A stretch of DNA of 55,811 nucleotides, filler included, from Jimgerdemannia flammicorona (GCA_003990765.1; 3 parts of 3 records of this genome joined end to end with filler, not necessarily neighbours in it), one strand, 5' to 3'. Positions 10,457 to 24,689 are shown, counted from the whole stretch's first letter. Notes: generated by a model not told the origin, from the sequence alone. A program made the numbers and translations.

Positions 10457-13400
10457 TGTAATATATGGGCTCAATAGAGATAAATTACAAGACTGAGAGT
10501 TTATATAGTTTAACTTGAGTCTCTAGTTACTTTATCAAAAAGTAATAAAATATTCTATAATTTCTGATATTAGTATTTAGTAGTATAATAGTCAAATCTG
10601 AATATAGTAATCAATTTCCTTATTAAGACAGTTCTTGGGTATAGTGGCAATTTGTATAGTATGAGTGGTCTTCAAAAGTATATATGTAATTTCTACATAA
10701 CAATCATATTCCAAAAGTATACAATTTCTGTATAATAATTGTATTTCCAAAAGTATATAATTTTTATACAATAATCTCTGTATTATATAGGTAATTTGAT
10801 AGTATTCTTTAATAAGTGAGTTGGTGGGCTTTTTGAATAATAATAACTTAGATAACTCAATTGATATGGATTCTTGAGCAAAGTTATATCAAAGACTGGC
10901 TTTATTTATATAAGGTTATATTGAGAGACTGGTTTTACTATAAAGTTATATCAAATAGACTGACTTTGTATTGAGAATATAGATAGACTTCTCTGACTAA
11001 TAAAGTTATATCAGAGACTGACTTCATTTGTATAAACTAAGTTATTTACTATAAAATTATATCAAATAGACTGGCTTTATAATAAGGTTCTTATAGCAGT
11101 AAAGTTCTTTACTCAAACTTGGTAGCAAACTCAGACTTTGTATTGAAAAGTAGACCAGAGCAGAAAATAACTTACAACTTTTAGCAGTGACTCATAAGCA
11201 GGTTTCTCCTCTTAAGTATATCAGACAATTGACTTTTGCTTTTGATTTTCAGACTGAGATTTATTTACTATTATCTCTGAGATATTTTATATAATTTTAG
11301 TTACTATCTAGTTACTATATAGCTAACTATAGATTGTTATTTATAGAAAAGAGGTGGACATTTACTATTAAAGTGATATTTACTATAAGAGTGATATTTA
11401 CTATCAGAGTGATATTTACAATCAGAATGATATTCACTATTAATAATATTTCCTTCTTTAGCTATCTGGATTATTTATATAAGTTGATATAGTAGGAAAA
11501 TCTTAATTGTCTAGTATACTTGATATAATATATAGCTAAATTATAGTAACTAATTTAAATAGTAACTTGATATGTTTTTCTGCTAGCTCATCATATCAGT
11601 CTATACTAAAGAATGGTCTGTCCTCAGACTACTCTTTAGTTATTATTTCAATATCTATAGATATCTTCTGCATCTATACTAGTACCATTATCTCTTTCTA
11701 TATCTGGGTCACTCTATTTTAGTTTTGGGTCTTCTTTCTATTCTTTGGAAAATAGAATATTTACTTATTAGAGAATGCTCTAAAAGATCATCTCATTTAT
11801 CTAATACATATTAGTCAGGAAAAAATAGACTTATAATAAGACTCTTTCATTTTGTCTATATATATATATAAGATATAGGGCTTTTTTGTAGTTTGAGCTT
11901 TTTTAGAGAATTATACTGACTAGTTCTCTTATATATAATTATTCTTGTAATAGTTGTCTAATATTATAGAAAATCTGTAGGTAGTGAATCTATAGCAACC
12001 TCTGGATAATAATAAGGTTTTTTTGGTACTTTTGGATTAATTGTATTAGAGTTCCTTTGAGTGAGTGAAACTGAGACAAAGGAATAGATAGGAGCTGAGG
12101 ATGAGGGTCTGGGATACTGGTCAATTCTCTGGATTATTATATAGAGATCAAATATATCTTGAAATAGTTATTATATACTGAAGTATTCAGGGTTCATCTT
12201 ATATTTTTTAAATAGATGCTAGTTTATCTAACATTATATATAAGATAAGGTCCTTCCTATTTAGGCTCTAGTTTGGTAGCAAAGTTTGTTTCAATCATAC
12301 TTCTCCAGACTAGTACTTAATCTCTAATCTTAATCTTTTAATTCTTCTACTTCTAGTCATAATACTTCTTTTATCTTTTCTGAGTCTTGATTATCTGAGC
12401 TTAGACTTAATTATATAATTTTTCTGCCTTTTTGAGAAGATCTCTAAAGTTCTCATAATTAGCTGTTTTGGCTTTCTTGATAAACATCATCTCAAATAGC
12501 TTTTATTTGATAGAAATAATAGGGATATTCCAAATTTTCCATAGGATCTCAGATAAGTAGAGATCTCAGTTAGTAGGATTAACTTGGGTAAGTTCTTTCT
12601 TAATGGTCTGGTTCATTTATTCTATCATACTATTGATTTAGAGATAGTATGATATGGTTTATTTGAGATGAATCTTATGAATTTAGACATAACTTATAAT
12701 TATATTATTGATGAATTTTTTGCCTCAGTTAGAAATAAGTTCTTTTAGAGATCTATATCTGAGTGTAAGACTATAGAGGAGGCCTACAATAGTTAAGACA
12801 TTAGCAATTTCTATTGAGAAAGCTTCAGGTCATTTGGTCAGATATTCAATAAATATTAGAATATATTTATTCCTTCTTGATATAACTGGTATAGATCTAA
12901 TAACATCTACTCTCCATCTTTGAAAAATATTATCTGGTAGTATAATTAATTATAGTAGTATTGATAGTTCTTCTTTTCTTAGTACTTCTGGCAGATGTCA
13001 TATTTTTTAAGTATATCTCTAACTTATATTCTGAGATTAGGCTAATGTTAGTATATTGTTTGTAACTTTTCTTCTATATTTGTCTATCTTTGGTAAGCTT
13101 TCTGATATTTCTTTCAGATGAGGTCTTCTTATATCTTAATGGTTATAGGAGCTTTCTTTAGAGTATAGTTTCAGTATATCCTTTTTTTAGTTTATTAAAG
13201 TTGATAGAAAAGTATATCAATATTGTTGTAAGCTTTTCCTACTTTATAGATAATGGTGATTTTGTAATCTTATAAGATAAAGATCCAGTGGACAAGAGTT
13301 CCAGTAGATTTCTTATAGTTATATAGCTATTTGAGAGTAATATAATCAGTTATTAGAGTGAATATTTTTCTAATAAGATAGTGGTTGAACAGAATGACTG

Positions 13401-15009
13401 CCCATATAACTATAAGGTATTCTGGTTTAGTACTACTATAATTGTCTTATTGCTGATTGATAGCTCAGCTTATATAAGCTATCATATAGTATTATTAATC
13501 AGGCTAAGACTACTTCAAGACTATCTTTGAAAGCATCTGTATATAAGATGAATAGTTTCTGTAGATTGGACTATATAAAGATTGGTACAGAGGTCATATA
13601 GTACTTGATTTCTTTGAAGACTAGTTTTTATAGTTTCAACTTTATATAATACTTCTTTTTTAAAAAAGATTTAGATTGAATCAGAAATTTGGACAAAGTT
13701 CTTAATAAATCTTCTATAGTATGATACTAATATCTGAAATAATAGTATTTTCTTCAGGATCTTAGATACTGGTCAGTTGTTGATCTTCTTGATTTTCTTT
13801 GGGTCTATATAGATTTCTTCTTTTAAAACTATAAATTTATGAAATTCAAGTTTCTGTTTTTCAAAGTAATATTTCTTAATATTGAGTCTCAGATGGTTCT
13901 TGCAGATAAGCTAAAAGAATTCTGCTAGGTAGTATAAGTATTCTTTGAAATTTGCCAAATAGATATTAGAATTATCTATATATACAATTAGACAGTAATA
14001 GATTAGTAGGCCATAGACTGAATTCATCATTCTCTAGAAGATGGGGGAGCAGGGTATATTATAGAGCTCAAAGGATATTTGGAGATATTCAAACAGTTTT
14101 CCTAGAATGAAAAAGACTGTTTTCTAGATATCCTTAGAATTTATAGAGATTTTATAGAATTCTACAAAAAGGTCTATATTGCTGAAGTATCTGATATTTT
14201 ATAATTAGTCTAAGAGGTTATCAATTCTAGACAAAGAGTAGGCATCTTTTTTGGTAACTAAGTTGAGCTTTCTATAGTCTATATAGAGTTTTCATTCTCT
14301 TTTCTAGAGTATAATAAGTATAAGACTGATCTAGAAACTGATAGAGGATCAGATGACTCTATTGTCTAAGAGTTCCTAAATATGTTCCTTCTCAAATATC
14401 TTTAAGTGATGGGGTATTCTATAAGGCTTTCTACCAGATGAGTATTTCATTTTCTATATTTATACTATAATGGTATGATAGATTATATAGCAGATTGCTA
14501 TAATCTATAATAAAGATATTCTAGTATTTATAAAAGAGTTCTACTAGTTGTTGCTATTATTGAGATATCAATTCTTTTCCAATATTAGTAGAAGGCTTCA
14601 ATTTCTCCTAGATTGTAGAGAGGCCTTTCCTTTCTTCTAAAATCTTTTGCTATTTTCTGATAGGTTTAGTTTATAAACTTCTCTGTATATTCAATTGAAA
14701 TAGAGTACCAGATAGTCTATAATGGTTCCTTTCAGCAGAATGAGACTTTTCTAGCTTTGGTTGGTTGCTTGAAAGTATACAAAGATCATCTTATCAGAAA
14801 AATATATATCCTTCTATATCCAGGTTCTTAATATCCTCATTGAGTTTAAAGAAGAGATTTTTTAGATCAGGTGATACAAATATTTTGAAGATAGTCTGCT
14901 CTCTTAGTTTTAGAATAAGATTCTTATATAGCTTGACTGATTGCCAGTATACTTATTAAGGAGTATCTTTCTGAAAATAATTAACCTAGAGAAGGTACAC
15001 TTTCTTCTT

Positions 15010-15390
15010 ATCCAAGCTTTCAAATCCTTCAGTTTTTCTTATATCTTAAGTCAGTTTGGAGACCTCTTATAGCTGGGGAGCCTTGACTTCTATGAAGATT
15101 GTTTATATAATCTTTTGTCCTTTATACATAGATATAGTATTATTCTATACTACTATTATTTAAGATGATCTTGATTTTGCTTATATATCTAGGGTCAATT
15201 ATTCTTCTTTTTATAGTATTCTTTGTCTAGCAAGTCTAGACCTTGAGACTAATTAGATATAAGTTTCTTTGAATAACTGTATAGCTAGTCCTATTGTTTC
15301 AGAATTGATAGATTTATTTTTAAGGTTATAAAGATCATATCTCACAACTTACTAGTGAGCTTTAATTAGAGATTTAGTCTTGAGATGTAG
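15010..15390 (-). pseudogene. dut: dUTPase domain relic in Gypsy family-1 pol
   Basis: Degenerate motifs in the correct order: (G)YDLY; GLAIQLFKETYI*LVSRSRLA; IIDPRYISKIKIIL; KGQKII; RKTEGFES. These correspond to GYDL, RSGLA, GVIDxxYxGEI, RIAQ and RGxxGFGS with G>A/C>T changes. Confidence 0.7.
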
Positions 15391-18300
15391 TAAGATATAT
15401 TGGGTAATATCTTTACTGAGTTTGGATTGTTCTTGGGTTGAGACCTCAGTGAAGATAAGCCCCCAGACTCTAAGATTGAGGTGTGGTCATCTGGCCTCAG
15501 TAGAGGGATCTCAGAGATAATTAATTTCTCTTTTTCTATAGGGTCAAGGACTTTTATGAAGTTGCTAGTATCTTCTATTCATCTTTAATAAGTTATATAT
15601 CTGATGAGAGCTAGAATGTCTTCTCTCAGATTATAGATCTTGAGAGCCTTCTTCTTTGATTTCTTGGCTTGGTTTTTTTAGATCTAAGCTCTGTCATCTT
15701 CTCTCTTTAGTATATATATAGTAATATTCTGACTAAGATGAATCTTCTGATATAGACAGTTTTGGCAATCTAGGTGTTTTCTATAATTACAGTTTCCCAT
15801 TACTTGAAAATAAAGTTCTTAATTATTGATCTCTTGTTGTCTTGAAAATTAGTATCCATCTTGATTATAAGTTGAGAGAAGAGTGGCTAAGGGTTGTACT
15901 TTTGTTCAGATAAAGTGGTCTTATCTATTGACTTGTTTTTTTAACATTGTGGTGAATTCCTGGAAAGTAGTTATCTATATAATTATAATCAGGAGTTCAG
16001 ATCTACAGTATCTCTACCTTTCTTATTGATCTAATAGATAGTACTAATAGCATAGTCTTGAGAGAGTGAAAGATCTTTTAATACTGATATCTTCCTAGCC
16101 AGAAGGCTCTTTCCTAGTATATTTCTTATCTTCAGACAATAGTAACTATACTTATTCCTTTCAGTATTCCAGGGGTCATTATCTTCTGATGGTGTCTAGT
16201 AAGAGTCATCTCAGGGAATAAGTTCAGAGAGCTCCTCCTGTTCAGGAACTTCTTATTTGGAGATTTCTTCTTTAGATATTTCTTGACTCTAAATTGCTTA
16301 TACTTCTATAGCTTCAGGTATAAATGTTTTCAGAGTGTAGTTATATTTCTTCTTTCTTTTTCTATACTCAGAGCAGACTATACCAGATAAATTTCTTATT
16401 TCAATAATCTTAGAGAAATTTTCAGGACATTTGTATCTTTTGAGACAGGTAGGTCATCCTTTGATTTATCCTACAATAGTTCTAATTATAATGGAGATGA
16501 TATCTTTGACCCATATATTATCTTCTGGTCTATTATCTATTAGGTTGATTTGTGGGTTGAGTCTGGAATCATTTCTATCTTCAGATTCTTCTTCAGATTC
16601 TTCTTCTTCTTCTATAGTAGATTTTTTACTACTGGTATAGTCTTCTTAGATAATAACCTTCTTCTTTTTCTTTAATTGCTTATAGCTGATCACCTTAATT
16701 CTATACTTCTTTTCTCTGTGGTCAAATATAAGTACCTATTGACCAATATCAATGACTACATTCATTTTCTTCATCCAGTTGGTACCAAGAATTATAACAT
16801 AGGTGATAGCTTTAGTAATAATAGCTTTTAGAATGAAAAACTAGATTTATTACAAGAAGATAGCTAAGTTTCATACTTCTCCAAGGGTTGAGTTCAGGCT
16901 CCATCTGCTACTATAATGCTGAGGTTAGATAGTTCATCAATAGACTACTGAAGGGTATCTAGAAATTATTTGGCAATAATACAAATAGCTACTCCTGTAT
17001 TAATGAGGATTTTCACTTTTTGTTCTTCAATATCTCTATACAGATATGTACTGACATATCTTTCTACAGCCTGAATGATAATTGGTATTGGTTTTTATTG
17101 TAGAATTGGGACTTGGCCAGTACTGGACCTAGTGGTTCTCAATAGTTTATTTTGAACTTCAGTAGGTATCAGTTGTAGGAACTATAGGAGAGATACTTCT
17201 ATCTTAGCTTTATGAATCTTTTGTCAGACTTCATTGTAGATGTCTCTGAGTATGGTCTCAGAGTATACTTCTTCTTGGGCTTTGGGATAGTAGGCTTTTA
17301 TTCTTTCTACTCTATTTCTTCATTCTCTAGTAGTAATTTATTTTTTTTTGAGAATAAAAGGTGAGGGGTATCAGAGAGATATTTCAATCTACTCTTCTTT
17401 ATTTTCTTTATCTTCTTCTTAGATAATTCTTCTACTGGTATTTCTGGATGAACTTTCTACTTATCTCTTTCTTTTCTCAGCTGAATAGACTATTTTCCTA
17501 GTAATAACCTTAGTTGGATATAGATCTAAGTTACTATAGTCTTTACTGTTGCTTTCTTCTTCAAAGTTTTTGACAGAGTGAGCTTCAGTCTTCTTATACT
17601 AGATTTTATTCTTTTGATTTAGTAGTTCTGAGTCTCTTTGATCACTTTTTCTATTGTCACATTCTGTAATATAGTGTCTAAACTGTCTACAGTAGAAACA
17701 TTGAACTTGAGCTCTGTTTTGAACAGAATACTTTCTTTCTTCTTATAGCTGATATATAGCTCCTATTATCTCTAAGTGGGTAATCTTGATTTCTTTATAG
17801 TATATACTCTCTGTTATTCTACTGATAGCTTCAATTTTTATATATGGTGAGTTTTCTAATTGATCTAATTTAGAGTTAAGGTCTTAGATTTTATTTCTCT
17901 CTTTCTCTACTCTTTGGCTGGCTTTTCTTCTTCTAATTTTTCATATTTTTGAAGAAGTCCTTGTAGGGTTTTAATCAGAAGGTCTTGCTTATCATCTTTT
18001 CTATCATAATTACTTCAGATAGTTTCTTGTCTAATATTGAAAAATCCTTAAACTGTATCTACTTGTTTTTCAGATTTTCTGATATCTAGAGTACAGATAT
18101 ACTGGACAATATTTGGATGAATCTCATTTATGAAGATCATTGGACCTATGATGTCTTGATTGGTGGTATTGAACTCAGCTACATATATTCTCTTTTGAAT
18201 TCTAGTAAAGAATATCTTGAATAATTCTTTGAGATTTATCTTCATCTTTATGATAGATTCTCAGACCTTATAGTGAGTTTTATTTTCTATATATTTATTG

Positions 18301-18711
18301 ATAAGCTAGTAGATTATAGCTTCATATTTTGCTTTCCAGATTAGTACTATATAGATAGCTATTCTAATATCTAAATATACATCACTTGCTACTTGAGCAA
18401 AAATTCTTTAAGCTGGTTCTCTGAGCTTGATCTAGTAGATAGTGATTTTTCTCTAGGCTGAGAGATTCTTTAGAGCTGTAATTTCTTCAATTCTATCAAG
18501 GAATTCTCTTGGATCTTCTTCTAGATATCTTTTTTTTTNNNNNNNNNNNNNNNNNNNNNNNNNNNNNNNNNNNNNNNNNNNNTTAATTAATTAANNNNNN
18601 NNNNNNNNNNNNNNNNNNNNNNNNNNNNNNNNNNNNNNTTTTTTTTTTTATAGTCACTTGGACTCCGCCTTTATTACCAGTCTATGAATAAATATACATC
18701 ATTCCGACCCA

Positions 18712-21700
18712 CTATCCAATCCCCACTGGGGGGCCCCTCCCTACTCCCTCATGAATGAAGATCACTCTTTCACCCACTACCCCCACTCTCCCCCCACTTT
18801 GTCCACAGATTTTCTCCACTAAGCGGTGCCTCCGACCACCCCGCATTCCCCAACCCAGCCACCAGCCGGTTAAGGTATCTTCCATAAGCCTATGCCATCA
18901 CAGCAGCCTGTCCCCCAAGCTCTGCCTCCACCCATCCTCAAAAACAAACAGCCAATGACTGGCCAACCCCACCCAAATTGCCAAAGCCCAACCTAAAGTA
19001 AGCCACTCCTTCCCTACCCCCCCTACCAATCTAACCCGCAAGTCCTCCCATCGCCCCTGTACCTCATCACTCCTACCCCGCACCCCTAAGCGATCCCCAA
19101 TTGCCTGCCAAAACTCCCCCAACACCTCACACTCTCCTAGCCAATGTTCTGGCATCTGTACATAACCCCCCTCCTGCCCTACATTATGGCACTCCTCACA
19201 GTCGAAACAACCCCCTACAACCAGGTGCCCTGAGCAAAAATTGAGCATAACGTTCCTCTGCAGCATGCGCCACCAGACCACCCAGTACTTTGGTGGCAGC
19301 CATGCTCTCACTGCAGCACTCCAGGTCCAAACACTACGCCAGTTCCACTCTTCGCCAATTCCAACTCCTTGCCAACCGCTAGGCCACAGATCCTGGCCTG
19401 GTCCCCTTTGGCATTCCATTCCATCACCAATGTCGAACTCAACTAAAGGAGCACCACCCAGCAGTATGCAGTCCCATCTCCACATCGCCGGGTCCCAATC
19501 CTCCTCACCCTCATTTCCCTGCCAACGAATACCAATGCGGTGCACTCCTTCTGCAATTCCCCACCAAAATCCTTTATATCGTAGTTGGGCAGTGTTCTGA
19601 AGCCCAACCAAGGAGAGGAGATCACCAGTTGAGCCCCTTGGAGATGCCTGCCTCTCCCATAACTTCTGTAATAGAGGAACCCATCCACCTCCTCTCAACT
19701 CCACCGTCTGCTTCAGCCACCATGCTCTCAAGCAGTGTAACCATTTTGGGAAGTCAACTAGCCCAAGACCGCCTCTTGCCACTGGTAGGGACAAGGTCTC
19801 CCAACTAATCTGACTCTGCCTGCCAGCCCAAATCCATCCCTTCGCCGACTTCATCAATCTCTTCACTACCCAGGTTGGGAAGTCCAGATGATATGCCAGG
19901 TACCATAGCTTAGGCAGCCAGTAGACATTCAAAATCGAGACCCGCCCTGCCAGAGAAAAATGTCTACCCCCCCAACTTCGCAGAGCCTCCTCCCAGATTC
20001 CAATCCTCTGCTCCCACCAAAGCCTGGGCAGAACTGACCCATAAACTGACAAGTAGATACCTAAGTACCGCACTGCTTCACCAGTGGGGACAATTGTTCC
20101 TATAACCTCTCCTCCCACCAGGCCGTTACCAAGTACCATCATCTCACACTTATGCCAATTCAGCTTAGCTCCAGAATGCTCCTCATACCACTCCACAGTC
20201 CTCTTGAGCTCCTCAACATCAGCAATCGAACCCAAGTCCACCACCATGTCATCAGCAAAGGCCTCAACTTTCCATCCTATACCAAAGACAGAGAGCCCCA
20301 CTATCCTCTGCCTAATCCAGTCCATAAGGGGTTCCAGGGAAAGAGCATACAAAATGGGGGACAATGGATCCCCCTGGGGCACTCCCCTTCCCAAGGGGAA
20401 TGCTACCCCTCTATGTCCATTACACATGAGTGCAGCCCTACTCCCTTCCAGCAGGCTGACCATTGTCGACTGGAATTGATGCGGTACCCCTATTCTATCC
20501 AAGACTTTCTCCAGCCAGACTCTCCGCACCCGGTCATAAGCCTTCTCCTGGTCCAAGAAAACTAGATGCCCATCCAGTCCACATGCCCTCACCCCTTCAA
20601 TGATGCCATGCACCCAGGCAGTACCATCCCTTATGAGCCGACCACCTACAAATCCCCTCTGCTCAACACCCATGACTTGCTGGGCCACCTTCTGTAGTCT
20701 TGCCACCACCACCTTAGTTACCAACTTTCTGTCCATATCTAGCAGCATTATCGGCCACCAGTTCTTCCAATCCTCCTGCCTTCCTTTGTTTTTGTAGAGT
20801 AGCGTCACCAGCCCAAGGTCCTGTTCCCCCACCCATCTTCCTGTCTGTAGAATAAGGTCACACAATGCTGTCATCTCTCCCATCACCCCTGGGACTTCAA
20901 CCATTCACTTCCAAAAGTCCCAGGGCAGCCCATCCTCCCCAGGTGCTGTACTGGACGTTGTCGCGGCAAGAACCTGGTGGATCTCATCCTCCTGTACAGG
21001 CATCACCAGGTCCCCTAGCCCTTCAACTTGTGGTGGGTGCCAATCCTCCAATGTTCGTTCAATTGTAGCGGCATCCACCCCACCCTCCTCCTCACTCCAC
21101 AATCCACTCCATCTCTCCTTCAGCGATCCAAGAATGTCCTGTACACCATGCACCAGTACACCCTCAGAGTCCAATACCCCTTCCCACCGTTGCTGGACCC
21201 GCCTCGCCCTAAGGGCCCTCGTAAGAAGCTTGGAAGGCCTCTCTCCTTCCTCCAGATCCTGCCAACGAAGCTGTGCTGCCAAACTCTGTACCCTTGTCTC
21301 TTCCTCCTCCCGCAACACCTGTTGAAGTTCCCCAACTTCCATTTTCGCCCTCAATAATCTCCAATCTTCTTCCCCCTCCAACATCGTCAGCCTTGCCCAC
21401 TCTTCCAGGAGCCCCGTCAATCTAGCAGAGGCCCAGCGCACTCTTTGTTTTCGCCATTTCCCTGCCTCCTTGCCAGCCTCCTTCCAGTAAATCCTGGCCA
21501 TTTCCTTCATCCTCATCCACCGAGTCCCAACTGCAGCCCCTTCCTGCCTCCAGTTCTCCACCCTCCACTGAATGTCTTTAGCCCACTCATCCCACCGGGT
21601 CTTGTCATCTAACAATGAGGAATTGAGGCGCCAATGTCCAGGCCCATCCCCACTTCCCCCAAAGCACCCCTGTCCCAAAAGCCCCCAGTGATCCGACCAT

Positions 21701-22368
21701 GGACACCATTCCACCTCCAATGATTTCCAAACATCTCGTCTCCAGCAGCAGGCTGTCAAAATCCAGTCGATTCTAGTCCCCAGACCCCCTGCCCAATGAG
21801 TATAGACCCTCCTACTCCCCCAGCACTCCCTTCCAGCATCCAATAGCGCACTCAGCCTCTCTACTTCCTCCCACGCCACCAGCCCTCCACTCCTGCTCTC
21901 AGCACCACGTCCTCCATCTGATCTATCTAGCAGTATATCCCTAACCATATTGAAATCTCCCCCTAGCACATCCACTCCGGCCTCCACAATTAATCCACTC
22001 TCCTGTAAGCCTTTCACCCAATCAACCCTCTCACTCCGTACTGCAGGGCAGTAGCAGAAACCAACTGTAACTGACTCCCAGCCTGCCTGAATCCACTCTC
22101 CCCAGACTAGTCTTTCCCCCCAGCACTGCACATTCTGTATCTCCCCTTTGCCATTCCTAACCAAGATCCCAACCTTGCCCTTCCAAATCGCCGCACCTCC
22201 CCATTCCTTCGTCCATTCTAGCCTATCAAAATCATCTTCGCACTGGACATCCTGCAAGAGGAAGAGATCGGCCTCCAATCCCCTCATCCAAGTAAAAATA
22301 TTCCTATGTCGAGAAGCACCCCTCAACCCATTTACATTCAAAGAGAAAATGTTGGTTGTACTGTTCAT
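18712..22368 (-). pseudogene. LINE ORF2 (APE endonuclease - reverse transcriptase - zf-RVT/CCHC), 1218 codons with two premature TGA stops
   Basis: APE: SLNVNGLR, GGDFN, RIDWIL, SDH. RT: LDQEKAYDRV, QGDPLSPILY, FADD, YLG. C-terminal CEEC...EHWLGEC. The in-frame TGAs at 20905 and 18898 are sense codons in copy 2 (WKKMLDIP; LARWEGLMED). Confidence 0.9.
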
Positions 22369-22401
22369 ATTGATGATATATGTGAAGTCATCAATCTTCC
22401 T

Positions 22402-24425
22402 CTACTGCTCCATACTCATCTCCTCCTGCGCCCTGTCCAAATTAAGTTCTGCAGCCACCTCCTCCTCTTCAGCCCTCTGAGCCTCCAATCCAGCCAGCAG
22501 TTCATTCATCTCGCTATCGGCCTTCTCCTCAAACTCCTCTCGGTATTCGATACATGCTTCCTGCCAGAGCTGTAGTCCATGTTGCTTGTTCCAGCAGTAT
22601 TCAGCCCTTTCTCCAGCAACAACCGCCATCTCCTCCTCCCTCTCCTTATCCACCTCATATCCCTCCTCCTCCAGGTACACCGCAAGAATTTCTGCCTTCA
22701 ATGCCTTCATTACGCCATCCCCCTGCAGTATTTCCGCCCAATGCTCATCACTCATCACTCGCAAGTCTACTTCCCCCAACTCTTCCGCCGCCAGGTTATT
22801 CATCATCCGGCACATCCAAAGCAAGTTCCCCACCTCTTTCCCCCCTGGAGTCGCCGGCCTCCCTCCATCCAACATTGTGGTATCAGCTCCAGCACTCGCA
22901 GACTCATCCCATACTTCCGGGACATCCACCAGTTCCTCCTCGCCATCCGCCGCCACCTGTCCCCCATACGCCACCTCTGGAACTCCAATTGTACCTTCTG
23001 GGTCCCTCGCATTGGCACATCTTCCACCACCCTATTCCGGGAAGCCGGGCCATGCCTGATGAGAGGGGTGGGGGTAGGGGAGCCCACCCAGTCCTCCTCC
23101 CACACCTCTAGTGTACCATCTGTATACAGGTCCTTCTCAGCCTTCTTCCTATCTTCCCCTGCCTCCTTCTTGTCCTTCCCCTCCCCCTCGCTGGCCCAGA
23201 CACTTGCTCCAGTTCCCCCTGTGCTCTTCACCTTGCTCGCCTCCCCCAGTGGTCCGCTACCCATCTTGACCAGCAACTTCTGCTGCCTCTTACGCCCCTG
23301 AGCCCTTTCCCACTGCTCCTTGGTCACTCGAATCCGCTTTCCATCCACCACCTCCAAGTGTGTCACCTCTTCAAAAGCCTCCCAAGCCTTCGCTTGCCTC
23401 TCCACAGCACCCCCCAGCTCCTCAAGCACTTCCAGTAGATCTTCCTCTTCCTCCTCACTCCCCTTCACCCTTGTCACCTTGCACAGGATCGCTCCCCAGA
23501 CCATCACCAAAGGCCAATCCCTTGCCTTCCCAGTGGCTTCCTTCCCAGCCAGCCTAATCCTCACATCCACGTCACCAGTCCTGAGCAAGGTCCCTTCCCA
23601 GACCCTGAACCCGATATCTACTACCTCGCCAAATTCCGCCATGAAATCCTCAACTCTCTTCCTTGTCTCCATTGCCGTCACCGTCGGCACTTCCTTCACC
23701 AGCAGTTGGACCACCCTGGGGTCCCACTTCAGGCACTGCGCCATCGGAACACATATCTCCCCAACCACCAATCCAACCTTCAGTGCCTCCTCCAGTGGTG
23801 CCGCCTCCTCAAAACCCACCTCCACTCCTTCCAGCCCCTTCAAAAACTTCACAGATGCCACACCTGCCACCTGCTTAGCAATGAGCCCCAGCACCATTTT
23901 CGCCATCACCGCCAGGCCCCGGAAGCATAGTGTGACCGTGAATGCCGAAATTGATTTCTTGAGTAACGGGGCCACCACCAGACCCATCACACCATCAGCC
24001 AAGTCCCCTTGTCTCCTAAGCCCCAGCCGCTCAGCCTCGCCATCAGCCGTCACATCTGGATTTTTTTCCAGATTGACAGTCCCAATACCATCAGCAGTCA
24101 CACTCCCCCCAGCCACTACTCCCACAGCTCCACCACCCCCCCTTCCAAGGGCCGCACCCCACGGCACCGTCGCCTTCTCGGTCTCCTTGCCCTTCATCAG
24201 CCAGCCCTCCAGCCCCGATGCCTGCTGTCTCCCCTTCACCATCTCTGCGAAGCTTGCCCTCCCAGATCTTGATCCTCCACCTCCTCCTCCACCCCTTCCA
24301 CGTCCACCCGCCAGCAGGCCCCTCATACCTCCCCCCAGTCCTGGACCCCTCCCCACCTGCTGCCAGTTGAAAGCGCTTGGGCCACCCTGCCCAGTACACC
24401 CCTCAGGTTGCCTGTCGGTTGCCAT
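22402..24425 (-). pseudogene. LINE ORF1 (Gly-rich N-terminus, central RRM-like region, acidic coiled-coil C-terminus) with a 1-nt frameshift
   Basis: ORFs 24425-22803 and 22974-22402 join if one base is restored near 22990. Copy 1 reads CAA TT GGA GTT, copy 2 reads CAC TTT GGA GTT and copy 3 reads TGA TTT GGA GTG. Confidence 0.8.
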
Positions 24426-24689
24426 GTTGTTAGTCTCTTTTTACCGAAAACGATGTCGAAAGTGCCTTTCAAAGGTTGTGTAATCTGAGTGGTATGAGCA
24501 AAAGGAGTCGCCAAGCCTTTACCTGTTGATATATACATACTTGTAAATCTCACTTATGCTTATACTTTTACTTATGCTTATAATCTGGAGCTTTTCTCAC
24601 TGTACTCTACTCCTCTTACACAACTTTCATATATTTCTTTATCTCTCTCACTCTTATTCCTCAGATTGTAAATAACATATAATTTATTA

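Larger units (their letters stand above)
18530..24522 (-). mobile_element. L1/Tx1-like LINE, near full length (copy 1, youngest)
   Basis: Poly(A) tail appears as T-runs flanking the gap at 18530-18649. Short 3' UTR, ORF2, ORF1 and a ~95-nt 5' UTR follow. Retains many CpGs, unlike its flanks. Confidence 0.92.

Noticed and set aside
18539..18638. TTAATTAATTAA palindrome embedded in N runs (also at 37221-37232)
   Set aside because: It is identical in both gaps and has stops in all six frames, so it is an artificial scaffolding linker.
20905..20907. Programmed stop readthrough between the APE and RT halves of LINE ORF2
   Set aside because: Copies 2 and 3 have a sense Lys codon here, so the TGA is a copy-specific lesion.
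22960..23010. Programmed frameshift or a third ORF in the LINE
   Set aside because: The other two copies have one extra base and read through in one frame.
22554..24483. Long plus-strand ORFs (387 aa, 240 aa and others) antisense to LINE ORF1
   Set aside because: They are Ser/Pro/Thr-rich shadows produced by the C-rich strand and show no recognisable domain.
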